NCBI GenBank assembly: GCA_045545295.1
Contig: JAZQAO010000030.1
Location: forward strand, 606 to 64,605
DNA: 64,000 bases
Reading direction: 5' to 3'
From: Clostridia bacterium
GTDB taxonomy: Bacteria; Bacillota; Clostridia; UMGS1883
Positions 15,749 through 24,707 of the stretch are shown here, in pieces. Both the position numbers and the translations under genes were made by a program. The stretch's first letter is position 1, and each line of letters opens with the position of its first letter. The notes below the pieces were generated by a model that saw nothing but the letters and a program-made list of their open reading frames with translations, had not been told where the DNA came from and ran no database searches.

Positions 15749-18010
15749 TCAGATAAGATTTATTTCTGTTTTACCATTTTTATGTGCAGCCTTGTATTCA
15801 CCTTTCGGTGTTTTAAGAATACCTTCTGCAGTAAGGCTGTCACCGCAGCAGGGATTTACCGCAATCTTTTCAAAGCCGGGGGTTTCGGGATAAATACCCA
15901 GGATGTAGCGCCAGAATATATACGCCGGTGTTGCTGACCAGCCGTGGCAAAGACTGCCTGCACGGTCAAAGTCCTTATCACCGAGGATTGTTTCCCAAAA
16001 TGTGGTTGCACCATCGTAAAGCATATAGCCCCACTTGTCACTGATTTCAGCAAGAACAAGACTTGCATATTTTTCTGCGTCCTGCATAAGTGCATCGTAC
16101 TTATAAACAGAATGGCTTAAACTACACTCGACAAGTTCATCGCTGATAATGCTTTCACGAATAATGTCCTGATATTCTTCAGGAACACACCCTCCGCAAA
16201 GTGCCCACGCCTGAGTAAGCTGTGCAAAATGATTCTGTTCAATTTCCGTAGTGCTGTCGTGATACATTCTTTCCGCATTTTGGGGGATTTTATTCTCTGC
16301 ATCGCCGATAAAGGTGATGTAAGCCTTTTTACCCTCACGGTAGAATTCTTTATGGAAGCTACCGATAATTGTGTCAATTAATTTCTGCGCCCAAGCTGCT
16401 TCTTCCTTGTTATCTGTCCACAGACAAAGGCTAAGATACTTGCGAAGCGTAAGAACATAGAACGCATTAAGAGGAGCATCAAAGCGTAACCTTCCGAAAA
16501 GGTCCCAAAGTGTCATACCCTCTGTCCATTCGTAAAGATTCCAGCTTTCAGCGTCGGAGGGTGTTATAACAAGTTTTTTGTCCGCATCTATTTTAAAGAA
16601 TTCAATTATCCTCTTTGCGACGGGAAGCATTTCCTTTCCGAAATCCCTATCTCCGCTGAAAAGCACATATTCGGAAACAGAGTTTATCCAAGCAAGGGAG
16701 AATGTGGGAATTGTTTTATGGAACACTGACGGTGCCGTAAGTTCAAGAAGTCCCGACTCTTTCTGTGAATCTGCAAGAAGCCGTAGTGATTCACGGGGCA
16801 TATCCGTTTCACCGAATGCGTAGTAGCCTGCAAGCATCTGATTACGGCTGTCCATTCCGTAAAGTGCCTGTTCACGCCAGGGACAATCCTCATAATGCTC
16901 GTGCATACAGAGCATCAGGGTACGCTGGCTTGCTTCGTAAATTTTATTGTAAAGACTGTCATTAAGTGTAAGCTCATTATAATTAAGAGGATATTCCACT
17001 CTGTGAAGAGCAATTGTATGTACCTTTTTTATTCCGCTGTGGGAAAATACTTCAAGGTATCTGCCGGCAAGACGTCGGATATAGAAAGCAATCTGCTGTC
17101 TGCCTTCTCTGCACACGGTACGGAACGCAAAATTTCTGCCACCTACCGACGAACGGACACGCATATCCTTAAGATGCTCACCATAGGCAATGTCAAGAAT
17201 TGCACCGTCCTCCGCCTCAATATCAAGAACGATATGACCTGCCATTTCTTCCCCCATGTCAACAATCCAGTAAAGGTTGTCTTTTTTGGGGATAAGGGCA
17301 CCGTCTTCCCTGTCGAACACATCTTTTTCAAGACGCATTGCAAGGAATGCATTCTGCATTTTTTCTGCAACGGTGTCACCATCTGAAAGTCTGAATTCAC
17401 CCTGAGTGATAATCTCCCCCTCGCACACGTCCTTAAGAACTGTTTTTTTAAGGGGGCGTGAAGTATATTTTACACGGCTGTCGTCAAGGGTAACTGCATT
17501 TTTCCATGTTTCACTGACAAGCCTTTCTCTAAAGAAGTCGTCCTTTCTTAAATCAAAGCCGAAGTTATATGAAAGCTGATTTGTAACGTTTTCAAACTCA
17601 CCGCTTGTAAATTCAGTATCGTCGGAGCATTTTACATTTTCGTCACTTTTAAGAACACACTTTCCGTTTTCTGTTACTGTGAAAATCACCATGGGAAGTC
17701 CCGAATAGTGGCTCAGCGAATGAACACCGTTTGAAAATGCAAGGATTGAAACAAGGTTTTTGCCCTCTTTTACAAGATGGGAAACATCAATACAGTCATA
17801 CACCTTTTTATCGGGATAATCCCCGTACTGACCAAATCCTGCAAATTTGCCGTTTATGTAAAGCTCATACTGCGTGTCTGCCGAAATGTAAAAAAGCACC
17901 TCTTTTCCATCCGCTTCAAACTCTGTCTGGAATTTAACGTAGCGGTTAGGCTGTTTTTCACTGTCAATCCAAATTGCCTTGGCATTGTTATTTCTGAATA
18001 TATCTGACAT
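15749..18010 (-). CDS. GH78-like alpha-L-rhamnosidase (six-hairpin glycosidase), cytoplasmic
   Basis: The N-terminal region AIWIDSEK...YELYINGKFAGFGQYGDYPDKKVYDCIDVSHLVKEGKNLVSILAF is typical of bacterial rhamnosidase N-domains. EDCPWREQALYGMDSRNQ and CHGWSATPAYIFWRYILGIYP resemble the catalytic domain. No signal peptide. Confidence 0.6.
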   Translation of the reverse strand: MSDIFRNNNAKAIWIDSEKQPNRYVKFQTEFEADGKEVLFYISADTQYELYINGKFAGFGQYGDYPDKKVYDCIDVSHLVKEGKNLVSILAFSNGVHSLSHYSGLPMVIFTVTENGKCVLKSDENVKCSDDTEFTSGEFENVTNQLSYNFGFDLRKDDFFRERLVSETWKNAVTLDDSRVKYTSRPLKKTVLKDVCEGEIITQGEFRLSDGDTVAEKMQNAFLAMRLEKDVFDREDGALIPKKDNLYWIVDMGEEMAGHIVLDIEAEDGAILDIAYGEHLKDMRVRSSVGGRNFAFRTVCREGRQQIAFYIRRLAGRYLEVFSHSGIKKVHTIALHRVEYPLNYNELTLNDSLYNKIYEASQRTLMLCMHEHYEDCPWREQALYGMDSRNQMLAGYYAFGETDMPRESLRLLADSQKESGLLELTAPSVFHKTIPTFSLAWINSVSEYVLFSGDRDFGKEMLPVAKRIIEFFKIDADKKLVITPSDAESWNLYEWTEGMTLWDLFGRLRFDAPLNAFYVLTLRKYLSLCLWTDNKEEAAWAQKLIDTIIGSFHKEFYREGKKAYITFIGDAENKIPQNAERMYHDSTTEIEQNHFAQLTQAWALCGGCVPEEYQDIIRESIISDELVECSLSHSVYKYDALMQDAEKYASLVLAEISDKWGYMLYDGATTFWETILGDKDFDRAGSLCHGWSATPAYIFWRYILGIYPETPGFEKIAVNPCCGDSLTAEGILKTPKGEYKAAHKNGKTEINLI

Positions 18011-18021
18011 AACTATTCTCC

Positions 18022-19068
18022 TTATTTAACATATTCAGGTTTTATTTTCTTACCTGTATTTGAAGACTCTACAATAGCCGCACAAGCAATAACAGTGTTA
18101 CAGCCCTCAATGGCACCGATTTTTATTTCCTCAATACCAAGGCAGGCATTTACGAAATGCTCAACCTCTGCAGGTACGTTGTGGTTATTTATCTGAACGG
18201 GAAGCTTTATTTCAATTTCGTGAGCACGAATACCGCAGAATTTTTCCTGACCTTCGTACTTTTTCTTAAAAAGTGAAAGTGTGGGAGATGTATTATCCAC
18301 GATAATTGTACCTTCCGTTCCGTAAAGGCAGGTCCTCATTGTATAGCTACGGGTACATCCGCCTGATACGAAAACCTTACCTATAACATCGTTTTCAAAT
18401 TTCATTGTTGCAATAGTTGTATCAGCGTAGGGCCATTTGTCGTTTATTTTTCTGTTGGCACAAGCATCTACTTCAATGGGATTTCCTGCAAACCAACGAA
18501 GAAGATCCACTGCGTGACACCCGCCACCTATTACTACGTTTCTGTCGGGGTCACTTTCACGCCATCCTATTCCTGCGTTTGAATATTTGTGAGCATACTC
18601 CGACTCCACAAAAACCAAATCACCGATTTCACCACTGTCAACAAGCTGTTTAGCAAGAATAAATGAAGGAGTAAATCTGCAAATCTGACCCACCATAAGT
18701 CTTTTTCCTGTTTCTTTTGCAACGGCAATCATTTCACGGCAATCATCAGCCTTAAGCGCCATAGGTTTTTCACAAAGAACGTCTTTTCCTGCACGCATTG
18801 ATGCAATTGCAATTTCCTTATGTGCCTGATCTGATGTAATGACACATACTGCATCTATCCCTTCGTGCTTAAGCATTTCTCTATAATCCGTATAAACGAT
18901 ACTGTCGTCAAGGTGGTAAAACTCCGCTCTTTCGCGAACTTTTTCTTCCGATATATCACACACCGCCTTGAGCTCTGCATAATGGTTATTTATGATATTA
19001 TGTACATATACATTACCTATTCCGGTTGATGTAAGTCCTACTACAGCCATTCCCAGTTTTTTTGTCAT
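18022..19068 (-). CDS. Gfo/Idh/MocA-family NAD(P)-dependent oxidoreductase
   Basis: Rossmann N-terminus MTKKLGMAVVGLTSTGIGNVY, plus DAVCVITSDQAHKEIAIASMRAGKDVLCEKPMAL. Start moved to ATG 19068 (AAGGAGA RBS). Confidence 0.8.
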   Translation of the reverse strand: MTKKLGMAVVGLTSTGIGNVYVHNIINNHYAELKAVCDISEEKVRERAEFYHLDDSIVYTDYREMLKHEGIDAVCVITSDQAHKEIAIASMRAGKDVLCEKPMALKADDCREMIAVAKETGKRLMVGQICRFTPSFILAKQLVDSGEIGDLVFVESEYAHKYSNAGIGWRESDPDRNVVIGGGCHAVDLLRWFAGNPIEVDACANRKINDKWPYADTTIATMKFENDVIGKVFVSGGCTRSYTMRTCLYGTEGTIIVDNTSPTLSLFKKKYEGQEKFCGIRAHEIEIKLPVQINNHNVPAEVEHFVNACLGIEEIKIGAIEGCNTVIACAAIVESSNTGKKIKPEYVK

Positions 19069-19142
19069 TTTACTTCTCCTTGTATATATCATTTCTTTTT
19101 CTGTATTCCAGAATTGAAGTCAATTATGCTGTCCTGCCTTTA

Positions 19143-22100
19143 TTAGTTAAGTGAAACAAATTTTGTTGATGCCTTGTGTGTTTTTCCGTTTAACGTGTAG
19201 TCAAAGGTAACGTAGAACTTCTTCGCACCCTCGGGAAGATTAAATGTGAAGGTTTCTCCGTCAGCACCGTTACCACTTACTTCGGTAAATGTAAACTCCG
19301 GAACTGTGCCTGTAGCATCATCATAGAGAAGTGCTTCAGCTTCTGTATAATAGAGATTTCCCGCATTAGCACTGCCGCCTGAAACGGTTACCGTAACGGT
19401 ATCCCCTTCAATTACAGGATCACTTACCTTTATAAGTGAAGCACCGCCATTTACCACAGAATCGGCAAAACTGTAGATTTCGGGAACTCTTTCCACCCAG
19501 TAACCTGCCTGATGACCGTGTGACATATTGGGCTTTATGACAATATTCATTTTGTCACCCATAAGTTCTGCAGACTTTGAAAATCCGTCGATTGCAAAGT
19601 TACCGTCAAGGTCACCGTTAATCCAGAGTGTGGGCATATCATTATTTGCTTTTGCAATAAAGTTTGAAGGATCCCAGTCAATCATTTCGTCATCAAGCAC
19701 GGTTTTGCCCATATATGAATCCATTTCATAAAGGTATCCGCATCCGTAAACCGGAACTGCAAACTGAAAACGTGTGTCAACGCCGATTGCAGTGCTTGTT
19801 ATAATGCCGCCCCACGAAATACCTGTGATACCGATTTTGTCAGAAATAATACGTTCATCCTGCATAAGAAGATTGTGTGCAAGAATAACCTCTGTCACGC
19901 ACTGATACATCCATAAATCCTTAGACGCATCAACGGCTTTTCTTGAGCCGTAGTATTCATTTTCCGCACCTGCCCATGCATGGGGAGTTCTGCCCGGAGT
20001 AGGAAGCTTGCCGTTCATATCCATTGCGATTGCCGCATAGCCACGGTCGTTCCAGATTTTAACCCATTCATCAAAGGCTGTTCCTCCACCACCGTGTACA
20101 AGTACAACTGCAGGAACGGGATTTGATGCACTTGCACCTTCGGGAACACCGAAATATGCAAAATGCTTTGTGGGATTTCCGAGATAGTCCTCACCGTCAA
20201 AGAAGATTGCATCTATATTCGGGTCATATGTTGATTCAAATTCGCTGTAGCCAAGGTCACTTGCAAGTGCATAGTTTACTTCTTTGCTGAAAAGAGCTTC
20301 GTCAAACACGATTTCCTTATTCATATCCTGATTTTCCGTAAGTGCCATAAGCTTGTTTTCGTAAAGAAGGAACGCCTTTGCATTGTAACCTGTGCAATCC
20401 CCCTTAAGGGCAATTTCTGCATTTACTATACTGTAGCCGTATGTCCCCTCCGACACATCTGCAGATGTTATTTCAACAAGCTTACCATTTGTATCGTAAA
20501 GAGCAAGGAACATCTTTGCATCACCCATAGATGCATCTCTGTTTTTATTAACGCGGAGAGTTGCCTTTACGGAAGTGGTTGTTTTTCCGATGTTACGGAT
20601 TGTTTCACCCTTCTGATTTGTTATTGTAAATTTCTGTACTGTGAAGTCGCTGTTTTCGTCAAACACCTCTGCCTCGTCAAATGCACGAACAGAAACATTG
20701 TCTACAAGCACAGTTCCTTCCCCGTCAAGTCCTACGTCAAATCCGCGCATAGGCATTGAGTAGTCGGGGTTAATATAGTTATCGGCAATTTCCATGGGAC
20801 TTTCCGTTACAGCTACTCCGTTTACATACATCATTGTCTGACGCTTTGCGGCATTGAAATCAATGTCTATATGCACCCATTCATCGGAAGAATAGTTCAT
20901 TTCGGCATCTTCACGGAGAATGTAGCGTTTATCTGTGCCGTGACCATAGCCCACATTACCTAAAATTGCTTCTTTTTTTGCATAGTCAAGACCGATATAG
21001 TTAAAACCGAGTACACCCATCTGACGGATATAAACCTTACTGTTTTCTGCACCGGGAGCGTACTTAATGTCAAGACTTAAAATATATCTTTCTGTCCATT
21101 TATGGTTACCCTGTGTGTTATAAAGTCTCCATGCATAGACCTTATTTGCATCTGCGGTGCCCTGACGGACAAACTGACCTGCCAGGCTTCCTGTTTCGCT
21201 GTCACGGACAACAGTTCCTTTATCTGTTGTATACTGTGGTGCCCAGGAAAGGGTTGCACCCTCTGTATAGCTTTCAAAATCTTCTTCAAGTGCACCGTTT
21301 CTTATACTGTGTGTTCCGCGAGGTGCTACCGTCAAGGGGAATTTAACTGTGTCGGTTACATCGCCTGATGTAATTGTTGCGGTAAGCACACCTGCAGAGG
21401 GCATTGCCCCTTGAGTAACAACGGCAGTTTTACCGTCTGCACTGATTGTAATTGCAGGATTTTCCGATGTCCATACCACGTCAGCCACGCTACCGTAGTC
21501 ACCGAGATTTAAATTTTGTGTAATACCGCCTGCTGTCTCAGTTGTCAACACAGATTCCTTAATCTGATTTTTTACATACTGAACTTTTTCAGCATTTTCC
21601 AAAGAAGAAATCAAATCGTCCACCTCAACTTCTGTGCTTACGCTGAAGTTATCCACTGCAATAACACCACTTGATGAACTGGTAAAACTAACTACTCCTA
21701 TGCTCGTAAATTTATCTACATTCAGGGCATCAATAGTTGAACCGCTGTCTCTCTGCACGGCAAAGGTCCATGGACCCGTAGTTTCTCCACCGTCAAATGT
21801 AACATAATACTTCTGGTTTAAAAGGTCGATTTTTGCCTTGAAATTTACAAACTTTGTTCCGTCATATGTACCATAAGCTACTTTATTGTTTTCATAAGCT
21901 CCTGCTCGTGCTGTTCCCTTATAGAAATAGCCCATTCTGATGTTATACGAAATCGTTTTTCCATTTTTATCTGTACCGTCAACACGTACTGCCATATACT
22001 GAATATTATCGGCATCAGGCTTGACGTCAACACTCAGATAAAGAACATCGCCCGTTGCCGCTGTCAGTATTTGTCTTTTTGTAGCATTATTAGAAACAAA

Positions 22101-22583
22101 ATCAAAGCTTGCATATTTGTTTCCGCTATTATCTGTATTCAGAGAACTTGTTGTATCCGTTCCGCCGGTGATATTCCAGCGTGTTCCTGAGCTTGTGCTT
22201 GGAAAAAGAGCTGTGCGGTCAGCATATGCAAAGCTGTCCTGATGAAGGATATTCACAGTTCTCGCTTTAACTGTGTAGTTAAATGTCTTTTCCTCTGTAG
22301 CTGTCTTTGCGGTAAGTGTAACATCTGCATCCTCAATCATCGGTCTTGTAACAGTACCGTCGTTTCCGAGAACGGCTGTGTTACTGCTTTCCCACGTAAC
22401 ACCCTCAATAGCGGGAAGTGTAAGGCTCTCTACGATACTTGCGGGAATCTGATTAACACCGCCCGATACTGCAAGCTTTTCCGCAGTTATGTCCGAAAGC
22501 ACCGATTCCTCTGCCATTACACCGAAAGTGCACAGGGACAGAATCATTGAAAAAATACATACTATTGAAATAAACTTTTTCAT
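19143..22583 (-). CDS. Giant secreted protein: shared Ig-like N-module, unassigned beta-rich middle, C-terminal alpha/beta-hydrolase (esterase) domain
   Basis: Signal peptide MKKFISIVCIFSMILSLCTFGVMA. C-terminal PAVVLVHGGGGTAFDEWVKIWNDRGYAAIAMD plus the nucleophile elbow GITGISWGG. The ATG lies 1 nt after the upstream stop codon. Confidence 0.75.
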   Translation of the reverse strand: MKKFISIVCIFSMILSLCTFGVMAEESVLSDITAEKLAVSGGVNQIPASIVESLTLPAIEGVTWESSNTAVLGNDGTVTRPMIEDADVTLTAKTATEEKTFNYTVKARTVNILHQDSFAYADRTALFPSTSSGTRWNITGGTDTTSSLNTDNSGNKYASFDFVSNNATKRQILTAATGDVLYLSVDVKPDADNIQYMAVRVDGTDKNGKTISYNIRMGYFYKGTARAGAYENNKVAYGTYDGTKFVNFKAKIDLLNQKYYVTFDGGETTGPWTFAVQRDSGSTIDALNVDKFTSIGVVSFTSSSSGVIAVDNFSVSTEVEVDDLISSLENAEKVQYVKNQIKESVLTTETAGGITQNLNLGDYGSVADVVWTSENPAITISADGKTAVVTQGAMPSAGVLTATITSGDVTDTVKFPLTVAPRGTHSIRNGALEEDFESYTEGATLSWAPQYTTDKGTVVRDSETGSLAGQFVRQGTADANKVYAWRLYNTQGNHKWTERYILSLDIKYAPGAENSKVYIRQMGVLGFNYIGLDYAKKEAILGNVGYGHGTDKRYILREDAEMNYSSDEWVHIDIDFNAAKRQTMMYVNGVAVTESPMEIADNYINPDYSMPMRGFDVGLDGEGTVLVDNVSVRAFDEAEVFDENSDFTVQKFTITNQKGETIRNIGKTTTSVKATLRVNKNRDASMGDAKMFLALYDTNGKLVEITSADVSEGTYGYSIVNAEIALKGDCTGYNAKAFLLYENKLMALTENQDMNKEIVFDEALFSKEVNYALASDLGYSEFESTYDPNIDAIFFDGEDYLGNPTKHFAYFGVPEGASASNPVPAVVLVHGGGGTAFDEWVKIWNDRGYAAIAMDMNGKLPTPGRTPHAWAGAENEYYGSRKAVDASKDLWMYQCVTEVILAHNLLMQDERIISDKIGITGISWGGIITSTAIGVDTRFQFAVPVYGCGYLYEMDSYMGKTVLDDEMIDWDPSNFIAKANNDMPTLWINGDLDGNFAIDGFSKSAELMGDKMNIVIKPNMSHGHQAGYWVERVPEIYSFADSVVNGGASLIKVSDPVIEGDTVTVTVSGGSANAGNLYYTEAEALLYDDATGTVPEFTFTEVSGNGADGETFTFNLPEGAKKFYVTFDYTLNGKTHKASTKFVSLN

Positions 22584-22584
22584 T

Positions 22585-24684
22585 TTAGTTTTCCTCCATC
22601 ATATCTATTACCTCAACACAAGTGCTGAGTACAATTCCCACGCCGTGGTCATCATTTGTGATTGTTCCAAGATTTATATAATATTCCTCATCCATACTGC
22701 ATCCTGAGCCCATACATACACCAAATACGTTACACTCATCGTCAACGCAGTTTCGAAGGAGTGAGTTCCACGCTTTTTCCACTGTTTCCTGTGCATCTTT
22801 ATCAATCCAGCCCATTCTTATCCCACGGGCAAGTCCTGATATAAACATTGCACTGCCGCTTGTTTCAGCGTAGCTTGCGTGGTTATTTACCACCTGATGC
22901 CATAGGCCCGTTTCTTTATTCCAATGCCTGAGAACGCCTTTGGCAAACTTTTTATAAACATCTAAAATTTCGTCATAACCGTGGTATTCCTTGGGCATCA
23001 TAAGAAGCACCTCGGAAAGTGCAAGAAGTACCCATCCGTTACCTCTGCCCCAGGGAATGCGGTTGGGAGTTTCTTTTTCCACAAAATAAATGTGTGAGAA
23101 AAGCTCCTCGTCCTCCATCCACAGCCTTTTTACAAAGCCACGCACCTGTGTGAGAATGTCGTCAAAATAACGTACGTCTCCCATCATTGCACCAAGACGC
23201 ACCAAAAACGGCATACACATAAAGGTGTCGTCTGTCCACATTGTCTTGATGCGGTAGAAAGTGCCATCGGGGAAACGTGGTACATTATGGCTTATTCTTT
23301 CCGCCAGAAGCTGAAGCAAGTATTTTGCATCACTGTCTCCCGACATCATACAGTAATCTGCAAGGTTGATGCCGATAGTTCCTATGGAATCAAGGTTATC
23401 AAGACGCCCTGCAGGTGTCATAAAACGTGACCATGAGCCATTGCGTACACGCTCGTACTTTCCGTAATCTATACATTTTGAGAATATTCTCATCCACTCG
23501 GAGAAATAGGGGAATATCTCTTTTTCTCTGCCGAGTTTGTCAGCCGCACTCTTTATTCCCCTAAGACCAAGCATCTGGGGATAGCACCATTGACCGAAAA
23601 ATGCACTTGTTACCGACTGAACAAGAGTAGTATCTTTTCTGTAAAAATGCCAGTACACAGGGCCGTGTATGCTACTGTAGGGTGAATCAAACTGCAGATT
23701 GCATTCCGGTCCGTAGGGTTGGAATTTTCCGTCGGTACCAAGACCGAAAGGACCAATCCACATCCACTGCAGGTCGGGGCAGTCGGCACCGATTACAAAA
23801 GGCAGACTGTTCTCACCATTTGTAATTGCTTTAAACCCCCATACCATTCCGTCTTTTCTTGAACGGATTAAAAGCTCTGTTTCTTTTTCGTAGTTTGCGG
23901 TAAATTCACCGCTGTTTTCACAGTAAACCTCTTTCCCGTTTTCAAAAACGGTTATGGGTGCTGTGTGTGTTAAATTAATTTCACCCTTTACGTATGTATA
24001 GCTGTATGCAACACTTCCTCTGTCGCAGAAAGTGTTAAAGTTAAAATCTTTTTCATTGCTCTGGAGAGGCTTTTCGGGATATTTCCACTCAATATTTTCT
24101 GCATCTGGGCAAGGCTCACCCTTTTTATAAAGCCTTGAAATCTTAATGCCGCGCTGACCGTTAAAGCCGTCCATATCCATATAAAGCCAGCTGCAGTACT
24201 CGTAGTTATCGGGATTCTTGCGGACACCGGGAATAAGGGGAATAACCTTTCCCCCGAAGAGGTCTTTTTTTGCATAAACCTTTAAAAGAAGGCTGTTCTG
24301 CCCTTTCCTGAAAGTTACCTCCGCATCAAAGGAGCCTTCGTCTCTTCCGTTAAAGGACGGAGCTTCTTTGATAGCAGTTTTTTTACAGTTAAACCAAAGC
24401 TCCGAATCGCTTCCGCAGTTACGGATGTTAATAAGCATTTCCCTTTCAAATTCACCGTCAAGGAAACCACCGAAATACGCATAATCCCCCTCTTCATAGT
24501 CGGGGTACAGCTTTGTAAGGTCAGCGTCGGGCCAGTCAACATCCTCCCAGGGACGCTTTGTGTAAGGATTATATACAATTTCCGTCTGAGGTCTTTTTTC
24601 AAGAACAGCTTCAAAAAGCTTCTCAAGAAATTCGTGGTTTGATTGGCATTTTTCTAAAATTGAGTGTTCGCAATAAATTCCCAT
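22585..24684 (-). CDS. GH105 unsaturated rhamnogalacturonyl hydrolase domain with a ~330-aa N-terminal extension of unknown function
   Basis: The C-terminal half contains WTDDTFMCMPFLVRLG and IPWGRGNGWVLLALSEVL...ETSGSAMFISGLARGIRMGWI (YteR/YesR-like). No signal peptide. Confidence 0.7.
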   Translation of the reverse strand: MGIYCEHSILEKCQSNHEFLEKLFEAVLEKRPQTEIVYNPYTKRPWEDVDWPDADLTKLYPDYEEGDYAYFGGFLDGEFEREMLINIRNCGSDSELWFNCKKTAIKEAPSFNGRDEGSFDAEVTFRKGQNSLLLKVYAKKDLFGGKVIPLIPGVRKNPDNYEYCSWLYMDMDGFNGQRGIKISRLYKKGEPCPDAENIEWKYPEKPLQSNEKDFNFNTFCDRGSVAYSYTYVKGEINLTHTAPITVFENGKEVYCENSGEFTANYEKETELLIRSRKDGMVWGFKAITNGENSLPFVIGADCPDLQWMWIGPFGLGTDGKFQPYGPECNLQFDSPYSSIHGPVYWHFYRKDTTLVQSVTSAFFGQWCYPQMLGLRGIKSAADKLGREKEIFPYFSEWMRIFSKCIDYGKYERVRNGSWSRFMTPAGRLDNLDSIGTIGINLADYCMMSGDSDAKYLLQLLAERISHNVPRFPDGTFYRIKTMWTDDTFMCMPFLVRLGAMMGDVRYFDDILTQVRGFVKRLWMEDEELFSHIYFVEKETPNRIPWGRGNGWVLLALSEVLLMMPKEYHGYDEILDVYKKFAKGVLRHWNKETGLWHQVVNNHASYAETSGSAMFISGLARGIRMGWIDKDAQETVEKAWNSLLRNCVDDECNVFGVCMGSGCSMDEEYYINLGTITNDDHGVGIVLSTCVEVIDMMEEN

Positions 24685-24707
24685 AACTAGTCCTCTCTAA
24701 AACTTTG

